A stretch of DNA of 64,000 nt from Spirochaetia bacterium (GTDB taxonomy: Bacteria; Spirochaetota; Spirochaetia; UBA9216). Within the stretch, counting starts at the first letter, position 1. Every line of letters starts with the position of its first letter. The stretch covers positions 32,001 through 96,000 of the forward strand of contig CAXXYH010000004.1 in assembly GCA_963677925.2 (NCBI GenBank), read 5' to 3'. The notes under the pieces were generated by a model. That model was not told the DNA's origin, did not search any database, and saw nothing but the letters and a program-made list of their open reading frames with translations. The position numbers were made by a program, and so were the translations under genes. Positions 17,328 to 26,992 of this stretch are shown here, piece by piece.

Positions 17328-19123
17328 CAGATAAGGTTCTCCATAATAAAGCTTCGCCTCTGGGGTGTGTTCTTACCCATGAAAAACTCAAGTGTATTCG
17401 GAACATCCTTCATCGTTTTCACATCGACTTTAACCAGCCGCATATCCTCACCGATGAACTGACCGAATTCTTTTGGAGAAATTTCACCGAGTCCCTTAAA
17501 TCGTGTAACCTCGGGTCCTGCAAGTTTGGCCATTGCAGCATCACGTTCTGCAATATTGTAGCAGTAGTGGGTTTCTTTCTTGTTTCTTACCCTGAAAAGC
17601 GGAGTCTCAAGGATATAGATACGTCCTGCGGTTGCAAGTTCCTCAAAGAAGGTGAGAAAGAATGTAAGCAGAAGATTCCGGATATGAAAACCGTCATTAT
17701 CTGCATCAGTTGCGATTATCAGTTTGCCGTAGCGGAGGTTGTCAATTTCATTCTCAACTCCAAGGGCCATCATCAGATTGTAAAGCTCTTCATTTTTATA
17801 GATTGCCGCCCGCTTCTTTCCGAATACATTGAACGGCTTACCGCGAAGTGAAAAAACTGCCTGCCTGTAGACATCCCGGGCAGAGACTATTGAGCCAGAT
17901 GCAGACTGACCCTCGGTGATGAAGATCATCGATTCTTCACCCTTCTTGTCACCCAGATGAAATTTACAGTCTTTCAGATTGGGAATCTTAAGCGCAACTT
18001 TTTTGGCTGCCTCACGGGCTTCCTTCTTTACTTCATTAAGTTCCTTCCGCAGCTTTTCATTGCTGACAATCTTGTTCTCAAGCTTGTCGGCAGCTTCCTT
18101 ATTTTTGTGCAGATAGTCAACAACACCGGACCGGACTTCGTTTACAACCCAGGCCCTGATTTCAGTATTACCAAGCTTATTCTTCGTCTGGCTTTCAAAG
18201 ACCGGATTTTTAAGCTTTATTGAAACAGCACCGGCAAGGCCTTCACGGGCATCTACCCCGTTGTAGTTCTTCTTATAGAACTCGTTGACGCCCTTGAGAA
18301 AACCCTCGCGGAAGGCGCTCTGATGCGTACCGCCGTCGCTGGTGTACTGACCGTTTACAAAGGAGAAATAGTTCTCTCCGTAGGTGTTTGTGTGAGCAAA
18401 GGAAAACTCAAGCTGTTCGCCCTTGTAGTAACCGATATCATAAATGGTGGTATTCCCTACTTCTGCCGACAGAAGATCGAGAAGACCGTTCTGGGATTCG
18501 TATTTCTTTTTATTAAAATAAAGAGTCAGCCCGCTGTTCAGGTAGGCGTAATTCCATATACGCTGGTCTATGTATTCATGGTTGAATGTGTATTCACCAA
18601 AGATTTCTTTGTCCGGAATAAACTCAACATAGGTTCCGTCGGGCTCGCCGGCTTTCTTCCCCTCGCGCTTCTTCTGAAGGATTCCTCTTTCAAAGATTGC
18701 CTCAAAGAACTTGCCGTCACGGAACGAAACGACCCTGAAGTTTATAGAAAGAGCATTTACCGCCTTGGTACCGACACCGTTAAGGCCGACCGAAAACTGA
18801 AAGACGTCGTCATTGTATTTTGCACCTGTATTTATAATTGAAACACAATCAATAACCTTTCCAAGCGGAATACCCCGGCCGTAGTCACGAACTACAACCT
18901 TGTTGTCCTCAACCTTGATTACTATTTTCTTACCGTTGCCCATGATGAACTCATCAATACTGTTGTCAACAACTTCCTTCAGAAGGACGTATATACCGTC
19001 ATCAAGGTTTGAACCGTCTCCAAGGCGTCCGATATACATACCGGTACGCAGACGGATATGCTCAAGAGAGCTCAGCGTTTTTATCTTGCTTTCATCGTAT
19101 GCGGATTTCTTTTGTTTTGCCAT
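17327..19123 (-). CDS. parE: DNA topoisomerase IV subunit B
   Basis: EVVDNSIDE, DYGRGIP, GLNGVG, TOPRIM TEGQSA / LRGK / DADNDG, RFKGLGE. Confidence 0.9.
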   Translation of the reverse strand: MAKQKKSAYDESKIKTLSSLEHIRLRTGMYIGRLGDGSNLDDGIYVLLKEVVDNSIDEFIMGNGKKIVIKVEDNKVVVRDYGRGIPLGKVIDCVSIINTGAKYNDDVFQFSVGLNGVGTKAVNALSINFRVVSFRDGKFFEAIFERGILQKKREGKKAGEPDGTYVEFIPDKEIFGEYTFNHEYIDQRIWNYAYLNSGLTLYFNKKKYESQNGLLDLLSAEVGNTTIYDIGYYKGEQLEFSFAHTNTYGENYFSFVNGQYTSDGGTHQSAFREGFLKGVNEFYKKNYNGVDAREGLAGAVSIKLKNPVFESQTKNKLGNTEIRAWVVNEVRSGVVDYLHKNKEAADKLENKIVSNEKLRKELNEVKKEAREAAKKVALKIPNLKDCKFHLGDKKGEESMIFITEGQSASGSIVSARDVYRQAVFSLRGKPFNVFGKKRAAIYKNEELYNLMMALGVENEIDNLRYGKLIIATDADNDGFHIRNLLLTFFLTFFEELATAGRIYILETPLFRVRNKKETHYCYNIAERDAAMAKLAGPEVTRFKGLGEISPKEFGQFIGEDMRLVKVDVKTMKDVPNTLEFFMGKNTPQRRSFIMENLI

Positions 19124-19180
19124 TGAGATTTTTATATTCTCCCCACCCAGTTTGTACTAATTTTACCACTTATGGGCGAG

Positions 19181-20029
19181 TCATTCAAGAAATGAATGCA
19201 GAAGTGCTATTTCAGTGTCCCAGTCCTTCGGATTCGGTGTTTCAAGAATCATAGGAATGCCTTCCAGGCGCTTGTCGTTCAGAAGATACCTGAATCCGGT
19301 TTCACCTATGCAGCCCTTTCCGATGTTTTCATGCCGGTCTATATGCTCACCCAGACCTCTTTTGGAATCATTTAGATGCATTCCCTTCAGGTTGGAGAGT
19401 CCAAGCAGCCTGTCAAACTGCTCAAGCATATCATTACAGCCCTCTTCAGTTGAAACGTCATAGCCGGCGCCGTACACATGACAGGTATCTATGCAGATGG
19501 CAACACGTTCAGGCTGTTTAATCCTGTCCATTATTGCAGCAATCTCTTCAAAGCGTCCGCCGATCTTATTATTCTGTCCGGAGGTCGTCTCAAGCACAGT
19601 TATTACATCGGGAACCATTTCATTAGCCCGGTTTACCGCCGCACTGATATTTTCAATGCCCTGCTCAAAGCTGATAAGGCCTGTAGTACTGCCCGGATGA
19701 ATGTTGAGATATTTAAGGCCAAGCAGATTAACACGGTTGAGCTCATCAATATATGAATCAAATGATTTTTTGGATTTTTCCGGATCAGGAGAAGCCAGGT
19801 TTATCAGGTAGGAATTGTGAGGCAGCACAACATCCGGAGTGAATCCGCCGTCCTTCATTCTCTGCTTAAAGAGACTGATGCTTTCCTCTGTAAGAGCAGG
19901 AGATTCCCACCTCCGCTGATTACGGGTAAATAACGCAAAGCCTTCAGCGCCTATCCGTTGGGCATGAAGCGGTGCATTTTCAACCCCTCCGTATGTAGAG
20001 ACATGTGCTCCGATGTAATTCCTGCTCAT
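19181..20029 (-). CDS. nfo: Endonuclease IV (deoxyribonuclease IV)
   Basis: GAHVS, HNSYLINL, HPG, LETTSG, CIDTCH, HLNDSK, DRHENIG, LETP. Confidence 0.95.
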   Translation of the reverse strand: MSRNYIGAHVSTYGGVENAPLHAQRIGAEGFALFTRNQRRWESPALTEESISLFKQRMKDGGFTPDVVLPHNSYLINLASPDPEKSKKSFDSYIDELNRVNLLGLKYLNIHPGSTTGLISFEQGIENISAAVNRANEMVPDVITVLETTSGQNNKIGGRFEEIAAIMDRIKQPERVAICIDTCHVYGAGYDVSTEEGCNDMLEQFDRLLGLSNLKGMHLNDSKRGLGEHIDRHENIGKGCIGETGFRYLLNDKRLEGIPMILETPNPKDWDTEIALLHSFLE

Positions 20030-20102
20030 GCTATTAATATAACAATTTTCTTTCCCATATCCCAACTTGAAAATAGTATTTTTTTTGTTTAATATCGCGT
20101 TT

Positions 20103-20378
20103 ATGGAATGGAAAGCAAGTCATATACTGGTTAAAAGCCAGAGTCAAGCCCAGGAACTTCAGAGAAAGATCAAGCAGGGCGCAAATTTCGAAGCAATAGC
20201 ACGTGATTTTTCAACATGCCCAAGCAAATCAAAAGGCGGAGATCTTGGCTGGTTCGGTCCGGGAAAGATGGTTCCTGAGTTTGAAAGAGCATGCAGCCGC
20301 ATGGGCGTGGGAAGCATATCCGATGTGGTAAGAACACAGTTCGGTTACCATATTATCAAGCTTACCGGTAAGAAATAA
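20103..20378 (+). CDS. ppiC: Parvulin-type peptidyl-prolyl isomerase
   Basis: ASHILV, STCPS..KGGDLG.F, MVPEFE, TQFGYHII. Confidence 0.93.
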   Translation: MEWKASHILVKSQSQAQELQRKIKQGANFEAIARDFSTCPSKSKGGDLGWFGPGKMVPEFERACSRMGVGSISDVVRTQFGYHIIKLTGKK

Positions 20379-20410
20379 AAAAGATATTTCCAATATCTTT
20401 TTTATTTCTT
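20370..20410. terminator. Perfect 19-bp AT-rich inverted repeat between convergent genes (possible bidirectional terminator)
   Basis: AAGAAATAAAAAAGATATT-tcc-AATATCTTTTTTATTTCTT. Confidence 0.55.
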
Positions 20411-20460
20411 CAGAAGAAGACCTGCGAAGACGCAGATATTCTTCATTTTTCTATTAGGAA

Positions 20461-20886
20461 CTATTCGGTCATTAAATTTCTGATAAGTTCAGGGAGTTCG
20501 GTTGATTTATTCTCGGCAAAATTCACCCAGACAACCTTTGCATCAGCTTCGGCATAGACCTCACCATCAACCGTCATTACGAAGTACATCATAAAGCTGC
20601 TGCGCCCCGGTTCGCCGATAAACAGATCTATATCAAGCCTGGCCGGATATACAACAGCCTTTTTAAAGGTACATGATGTTTTGACGACGACGCAGGCCGT
20701 ATCTCTCTCCCAGCCCCTTGTACCGAACTCTGCATCTTTCAGAATCTGCTGAAGCCATTGAACCCGGCCTTCCTCACAGTATGTCATATACCTGGCATTG
20801 TTGACATGCCCGAAGGCATCCATGTCGCCCCACATCGTATTTATTGAATAGCTGTAAACCTTTGTTCTCTTTGTCTCCACATTCAC
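20461..20886 (-). CDS. Acyl-CoA thioesterase (hotdog fold)
   Basis: WGDMDAFGHVNNARY. Confidence 0.9.
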   Translation of the reverse strand: MNVETKRTKVYSYSINTMWGDMDAFGHVNNARYMTYCEEGRVQWLQQILKDAEFGTRGWERDTACVVVKTSCTFKKAVVYPARLDIDLFIGEPGRSSFMMYFVMTVDGEVYAEADAKVVWVNFAENKSTELPELIRNLMTE

Positions 20887-21242
20887 CCCTCCTTATGCCG
20901 CTCTATGATATCAGAAAGGAGTCCGTATGAAACAGGTTTATCCAGAACAGCAACAGGGTTCAGGTTTTCCGCTCTGCTTATTGTAATATCATCTGAATAC
21001 CCCGTCATAAAACAGATAGGAACTCTTGCCTTCTGAAGTATTTTTTCTGCTGCGGAAATACCGTCACTGCCGTCTGCAAGCGATACATCCATCAGGACGA
21101 AATCAGGGCTGAAGCTGAAATATACGGAGAGAGCTTCAGCTTCAGTAGCCGCAGTGGCACAGGAGAATCCCAGCTCTTCCAGATAGTATTTTAAAGACAT
21201 TACTGCAAAAGCCTCGTCTTCAACGATCAGTATCTTTTTCAA
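20883..21242 (-). CDS. Single-domain response regulator
   Basis: ILIVEDE, VLMDVSL, FMTG, KP. Confidence 0.92.
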   Translation of the reverse strand: MKKILIVEDEAFAVMSLKYYLEELGFSCATAATEAEALSVYFSFSPDFVLMDVSLADGSDGISAAEKILQKARVPICFMTGYSDDITISRAENLNPVAVLDKPVSYGLLSDIIERHKEG

Positions 21243-23430
21243 TTTCCCGTTCCTTCCCCGAACTTACAGGGAATCTTATTATACACCCAAGCCCCCCGGT
21301 TTCTACAATCTTAAACTCGACACGGCCGCGCATCTGATGCTCTGCCAGCGCTACTATAGTCTGGAGCCCCAGGCCATGCTGATGTCTGAAATCGAACCCA
21401 GGCTCAACGCCAACTCCGTCATCAAAGACGCTCAGCTCAACAATTCCATCTTCGACTAAACTGAGATTAATATCAACATTACCTGTAGCAGAATCAACAA
21501 AAGCATACTTGAATATATTCGAGAGAAGTTCACTAAGCAGAAGCCCGCAGGGAACTGCCAGCTCTATGGATACATTTATCTTTTCAACTTCAGCTGTAAG
21601 GGCCAGAAACCTGTCGTCAATGCGGTATGAAGTCATCAGAAGTCTGGAAAGTTCAGCCAGATACTCACCGAGATCTATTTTTGATAAGTTAGAGGATTCA
21701 TAAAGTTTTTTATGAACCAGCGACATAGACTGAATTTTATCAGCAAGTTCCTTCAGCAGGGCATTATATTTCTCATCATGAATAAACCCCATCTGAAGAT
21801 TTATCATAGAAAGAATGACATTCATATTATTTTTGGTACGGTGATACAGCTCTTTAAGCAGAACTTCTTTTTCACTGACTGAGTCTTTCAATTTCTGTTC
21901 GACAGTCAGCTTTTCACGCATATCACGGCCTACGGCAAGAACGGGTCTTTCTTTTTCATCATTAAAATAAATCACAGAGGAGTTATACTCCACAGGAATC
22001 CTCTCGCCGCTCTTTGCAATAAGATGCATTGTGGTTGTATTTGTTCCTGTTTCAACCAGCTCGGGAAGTGATAAGTTTTTCCACCGGCACAGGTCTTCTT
22101 CATCATACCAGATTTCCGGAGAACCATATTCTGAAATTTCCTCATCGGAGTAGCCTGAGAGCTCGCTGAATTTACGGTTCCATATAAGCGTCTTTCCTGA
22201 AAGCAGATCAAATACAACAAATATATCCAGAGAGGAATTGAGCATCACTTCATTAAACTGCTGCTCCCGTCTCAAACTTCCCAGAGTATTCATTAACCGC
22301 TGAGCCATATGCCGGAAAGCTCTATCAATATCACTGAACTCCCTTAGCAGACTTCCCTCAAAACCAGTTTCAAACTTCTCCGGAAATGCGTTCATTGTTT
22401 TAATCATCTGCCTGATAGGCGGAATAGTTTTTTTAATATAAAGGATGGTCAGAAGAATAAAGAATACGGCAACCGGGATCACGATCGAAAACATCCTGAC
22501 CGCATCAACAAGTTCGCTTCCGTAAAACATATTTTCCGGAAATATTAGTGAAGTTCTCCAGCCAAGATCTCCTGGAAGATCCAGCAGGGCTGTGCTCTGG
22601 ATGTACCACTCACCCTTATACCGAAGCCTCATGAAAGAATTTGTTTGCGGACGGGAAAGGACAGCCGGAGCAGTAGATGCTATAAGCATACCTTCCCGGT
22701 CGGTTATAAATCCATCTGCATTAAAATCCGACAGGATCTCTCCAAGGAATATAGATATATCAGACAGAAAAATAGTTGTACAGAATACACCCTCCGGTTC
22801 AGTACCTTCTTCATCGAACACAGGCACACTTACAGAGATTCCCATTTCATCTTCAGTAATCAGCAGATATGGATCTGAATAAAAAATCCCCATATTTTCA
22901 ACAGCACCGGCATACCATGGACGCAGTGTTGTCTGCATATTATCAGCAGCCCATTCCCTGCCGGTGAACTCTTCTGAGAAATTCAGTTCTTTTAAATAAA
23001 ACCTTCCGGCACTGCCTTCCTCAATACCCATTATATAGTAATATTCACTGTGTAAATCAATTCCTCCCCCTGCAAATTCTCCTTCTGCGGTACCGAAAAA
23101 GATACTGCTCACCGAGGGGTAGAATTCAGACTGCTTATAAAAATGACTCTGCATAAATGAAAGATCTGATTTTTTCAAATACCCTGACTTGTAGAGAGCA
23201 AGGTTTAACCTGTTTATCTCTTCCGGCACCATAAAAAATGCGGTTAACTGTGAATTTATATTCTCGGACAGAGCATAGAAAACATTGCCTGCCATTTTCT
23301 CCACAGAATTATTCAATTGAAATCTGAAAAGATAAGCAGCGATGGACAGTACAAATACAGACTGCAGTACAAGCATTAAAATCAGAATGAATCTGATAGA
23401 AAACATCCTGCGCACTTTTTTCATAATCAT
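21220..23430 (-). CDS. Membrane sensor histidine kinase (Cache-like, HAMP, PAS, HisKA_2)
   Basis: Two TMs flanking a periplasmic domain (RPWY...SDPY), PAS (LSGYS), ELYHRTKNN, DDGVG. Confidence 0.88.
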   Translation of the reverse strand: MIMKKVRRMFSIRFILILMLVLQSVFVLSIAAYLFRFQLNNSVEKMAGNVFYALSENINSQLTAFFMVPEEINRLNLALYKSGYLKKSDLSFMQSHFYKQSEFYPSVSSIFFGTAEGEFAGGGIDLHSEYYYIMGIEEGSAGRFYLKELNFSEEFTGREWAADNMQTTLRPWYAGAVENMGIFYSDPYLLITEDEMGISVSVPVFDEEGTEPEGVFCTTIFLSDISIFLGEILSDFNADGFITDREGMLIASTAPAVLSRPQTNSFMRLRYKGEWYIQSTALLDLPGDLGWRTSLIFPENMFYGSELVDAVRMFSIVIPVAVFFILLTILYIKKTIPPIRQMIKTMNAFPEKFETGFEGSLLREFSDIDRAFRHMAQRLMNTLGSLRREQQFNEVMLNSSLDIFVVFDLLSGKTLIWNRKFSELSGYSDEEISEYGSPEIWYDEEDLCRWKNLSLPELVETGTNTTTMHLIAKSGERIPVEYNSSVIYFNDEKERPVLAVGRDMREKLTVEQKLKDSVSEKEVLLKELYHRTKNNMNVILSMINLQMGFIHDEKYNALLKELADKIQSMSLVHKKLYESSNLSKIDLGEYLAELSRLLMTSYRIDDRFLALTAEVEKINVSIELAVPCGLLLSELLSNIFKYAFVDSATGNVDINLSLVEDGIVELSVFDDGVGVEPGFDFRHQHGLGLQTIVALAEHQMRGRVEFKIVETGGLGCIIRFPVSSGKEREIEKDTDR

Positions 23431-23523
23431 TATTATAAAACCCTCATACCACGAGGTCAAACTATTATTTCTGAAGCTAAAACTATGATTGAAAATTACT
23501 AGTTTTAACGATAGAATCAGAAA

Positions 23524-24669
23524 ATGCTGAAATACCAGTTAATAGACATTGATATTTTTATGATCATAATTCTCATTATGATAATTGCTGTTATCCAGCT
23601 GAAACAGACTTTTAAATCGGTCACAACCAGGATTTTCCTGCTGCTCTGCTGGAGCGTTATTGTACTTCTGGTATTGGATGCACTTCCCTGGATTATGGAC
23701 GGCCTGCCGGGGCAGAGCTCTCGCACTTTCCTTTTCTTATTTAATTTTATTCTGATATTATCAGGCCCTGTACCGCTCGTACTGTGGCTGTGCTATATAG
23801 ACTACCAGCTTAACCATTCAAAGATCAGACTGAAAAAGCGACTTTTTTATCTTTACCCATTAATACTTACAGGCATTATTCTTATCTACTCGGTTTTTAC
23901 CGGATTCATATTTTATATTGACTCTGACAACAACTACCAGAGAGGCCCGGGAATTTTTCTTGTTGCATTTATTCAGCTTCTAACACTGATATATTCCTAT
24001 TTTCTGGTAATTGAAAACAGAAAAGCTGTATCAAAAGATATCATAAGAGGCGTTGCCCTTTTCGGCATACTTCCTGTAACGGGTACAGTTTTACAGATGA
24101 GATTTTACGGGACAACCATTATTTGGCCTTCAGTCGCACTTGCTGTGACCTTTGTTTACATATTTCTTGAAATACAGCGGGAGATACGGGATTACCTGAC
24201 CGGACTTCTTAACCGTCAGCAGATTGATGAATATATACAGCTGAGAATTAAGGATTATGAGAGAAAGGGCTCCTTTACACTTGTAATGATGGATATGGAC
24301 GGCTTTAAAGAAATTAACGACGATTACGGTCACAGCGAAGGCGATGCCGTACTTGTCCAGACGGCAGCCCTGCTCAACAGTTCTATAAAGCGCATGGACA
24401 GAGCCGCCAGATTCGGAGGAGATGAGTTTATGCTGCTGCTTGAAACAAACGCCCCCTCTGAAATCCATGCTGTAATTCAGCGTATATACGATAAAATCTC
24501 TGAAGTTAGCACGAAAAATAAAAAACCATATAAAATATCATTGAGTGCCGGCTACATCATTTATTCTCCGGATAAACACAGAAGTTTTCACGAATTCCTT
24601 CATGCCGCAGATCAGAACATGTATATAGCAAAAAGAGAACGCAGGCAGCAGGGAACCTACGGAAAATGA
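23524..24669 (+). CDS. Membrane diguanylate cyclase
   Basis: Several TMs; DYLTGLLNR, DMDGFKEIND.YGH, RFGGDEF. Confidence 0.92.
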   Translation: MLKYQLIDIDIFMIIILIMIIAVIQLKQTFKSVTTRIFLLLCWSVIVLLVLDALPWIMDGLPGQSSRTFLFLFNFILILSGPVPLVLWLCYIDYQLNHSKIRLKKRLFYLYPLILTGIILIYSVFTGFIFYIDSDNNYQRGPGIFLVAFIQLLTLIYSYFLVIENRKAVSKDIIRGVALFGILPVTGTVLQMRFYGTTIIWPSVALAVTFVYIFLEIQREIRDYLTGLLNRQQIDEYIQLRIKDYERKGSFTLVMMDMDGFKEINDDYGHSEGDAVLVQTAALLNSSIKRMDRAARFGGDEFMLLLETNAPSEIHAVIQRIYDKISEVSTKNKKPYKISLSAGYIIYSPDKHRSFHEFLHAADQNMYIAKRERRQQGTYGK

Positions 24670-25937
24670 AACGGGGAGGCAGCGCAGATCTGCCCCTTCA
24701 TTACGGAACTGTACCGAAGTGGCTTGCAGACCGTATGATGACTCTTGGAACATCCATAATAGAAGCTATCATAACAGACGGAGGAACCGACGAGGTCCTA
24801 AGAAGGGTATCAGATCCCTTCTGGTTTCAGGCCTTCGGGGCAGTGCTGGGGATGGACTGGCATTCATCAGGAATTACAACCTCAGTAATGAGGGCAATTC
24901 AGCGCGGACTGAATCCGCGCAGTTCCGAACTCGGGATTGCCGTACTGGGGGGCCGGGGAAAATATTCACGAAACACTCCGGCGGAACTGCTCGAATATGC
25001 AATGAAAACCGGGCTGGCCGGCGAAGAGCTCACCCGTACAAGCAGGCTTACAGCCAAGATAGATAACTCCTGTCTTCAGGACGGTTTTCAGATCTATCTT
25101 CATAATTTTGTGATTACAGAAAACGGCAACTGGGCCGTTGTCCAGCAGGGGATGAACAAAGAAACAGGAAAAGCCAGACGCTATCACTGGCATTCATCCG
25201 AAATTAAGTCCTTCTTCAGTGATCCGCATACTGCAGTTGTGGGACCTTACCAGGGAGAACTTCTGAATCTAAGCGATTCCCGGGCTGATGCGAACCGGAA
25301 AGGGATACTCGACTTTCTGAGGGAACATCCTGATAGACAAAAACGGGAACTTGATGCTCTTATGCGGTCAAGACGGATAGTACTTCCTTCACATCATGAA
25401 GTCCGTCCCGAAGATGTAATCTCAAAACGGCTTGGAGCCGCACTCGCAGCAGCGTGGGACCGTGAGTTTTCCGATTTCAGCCAAGCCCTTTTAATGGAAG
25501 GAGTCGGACCTCGGACTGTTCAGTCTCTGGCGCTGGTCAGTGAGATCATCTACGGAGGGCCGTCAAGGTTCTCTGATCCTGCACGCTTTTCCTTTGCACA
25601 CGGCGGAAAGGACGGACATCCGGCGCCCGTGCCTCTGGACATATACGACCGCAGCATATCTGTTGTAAAAAGGGCACTCAGTCATGCAAAGACCGGGAAT
25701 GATACCCGTCTGCAGGGAATTAAAAACCTCGACAGGTTTACCAGGTGGGTTGAACAGAATACAGCCCCTACAGCAGATGTCGAAAAAGTTATTGAGCGTG
25801 AATGGGAAAATTCTCACAAGTGGGGCGGAAAAACGGTAATGGGTGATGCATTACCCGGAGATAATTATGAAAAACACTCCGGCCGGAACCGGAAGATTAG
25901 GAGCGAATCCGATACCGGCCAGATGGAACTTTTTTAA
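24666..25937 (+). CDS. DUF763 family protein
   Basis: G.ADLPLHYG.VP.WL, DPFWFQAFGAVLGMDWHSSGITT, FSFAHGGKDGHP. Confidence 0.85.
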   Translation: MKRGGSADLPLHYGTVPKWLADRMMTLGTSIIEAIITDGGTDEVLRRVSDPFWFQAFGAVLGMDWHSSGITTSVMRAIQRGLNPRSSELGIAVLGGRGKYSRNTPAELLEYAMKTGLAGEELTRTSRLTAKIDNSCLQDGFQIYLHNFVITENGNWAVVQQGMNKETGKARRYHWHSSEIKSFFSDPHTAVVGPYQGELLNLSDSRADANRKGILDFLREHPDRQKRELDALMRSRRIVLPSHHEVRPEDVISKRLGAALAAAWDREFSDFSQALLMEGVGPRTVQSLALVSEIIYGGPSRFSDPARFSFAHGGKDGHPAPVPLDIYDRSISVVKRALSHAKTGNDTRLQGIKNLDRFTRWVEQNTAPTADVEKVIEREWENSHKWGGKTVMGDALPGDNYEKHSGRNRKIRSESDTGQMELF

Positions 25938-25966
25938 ATAGTGTTCTTGGGTCCAAGAACTCCTTT

Positions 25967-26962
25967 TTACTTCAGAAACTTCTCATCTATATCAAAAGCC
26001 TTAGGCTTAGATGCAGGTTCAAAAATCAGCGTCTGTTTCAGGTTGGCTACTGCCTTGTTAAGGCCCTCTTCAACCGACATGTATGAGTCTTCATGCTCAA
26101 TACTCACAACCCCGTCATAACCTGTTGCACGCAGAGTGCTGAAGATATCTGACCAGGTCTTAAGATCGTGTCCGTATCCGACAGTCCTGAACTGCCAGCC
26201 CCTTCCGTATGTAACACCGAAGCTCTGCATATCTGTGAGGCCGTAATATGAAACATATTCCTGGTCTATAAATGCGTCCTTGGCATGAAAGTGAAACAGG
26301 CAGTCCTCTTCATTAAGGTATCTTGCAGCCTTTGCAGGATCGATTCCCTGCCACCACATATGGCTCGGATCGAGATTACCTCCAAGTGCTTTACAGCCTG
26401 TTTCCTTCCGCATTTTGATCATTGTGTATGGGCTGTGAACAGAATAACCACCGTGCAGCTCCATAGCTATTTTTACACCCTTCTTCTCGGCGTATTTTCC
26501 GGTTTCAGTCCAGTATGGTATAAGCTTTTCGCTCCACTGCCAGTTGAAAACTGCCTGCAGATCCTCCGGAAATGGAGAAACCGGCCAATTCGGATATTTT
26601 GAGTTCTCGGAGTCGCCTGGAGTTCCTGAAAATGTAAGAATTTTCTCAACACCGATTTCTGCAGCAAGGTCTATTGCATCTATGATATCCTGATGGTACT
26701 CATCAGCAAGTTCCTTCTGCGGATGAACAGGGTTTCCGTGACAGCTCAGACATGAAATATGCATGTCCCGCTTTTTGAACTCATCAACAAACTGAGCTCT
26801 CTTTGCACTGTCCTTAAGCAGTTCCGCAGGGTTGCAGTGATCCTTGCCGATAAACCCGCCGCAACCGACTTCAACATGATCAACACCCTTTGCCTTTATT
26901 TTATCAAGAACTTCAGTCAGGGGAAGATCTTTATATACTACTGAAAAAATTGAAATATTCAC
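25967..26962 (-). CDS. Sugar phosphate isomerase/epimerase family TIM-barrel enzyme (keto-sugar lyase/hydratase-like)
   Basis: LSCHGNPVHP, MELHGG, NLDPSH.WWQG, HFHAKD, SIEHED. Confidence 0.85.
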   Translation of the reverse strand: MNISIFSVVYKDLPLTEVLDKIKAKGVDHVEVGCGGFIGKDHCNPAELLKDSAKRAQFVDEFKKRDMHISCLSCHGNPVHPQKELADEYHQDIIDAIDLAAEIGVEKILTFSGTPGDSENSKYPNWPVSPFPEDLQAVFNWQWSEKLIPYWTETGKYAEKKGVKIAMELHGGYSVHSPYTMIKMRKETGCKALGGNLDPSHMWWQGIDPAKAARYLNEEDCLFHFHAKDAFIDQEYVSYYGLTDMQSFGVTYGRGWQFRTVGYGHDLKTWSDIFSTLRATGYDGVVSIEHEDSYMSVEEGLNKAVANLKQTLIFEPASKPKAFDIDEKFLK

Positions 26963-26992
26963 TGTTATTTGCCTCCGGTATTAAATGCAGAA

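Noticed and set aside
15405-19123. gyrB/gyrA call
   Set aside because: The short A subunit without a GyrA box and the compact B subunit fit topoisomerase IV better.
25967-26962. Second endonuclease IV
   Set aside because: Shares only the TIM-barrel fold, lacks nfo motifs and sits in a sugar operon.
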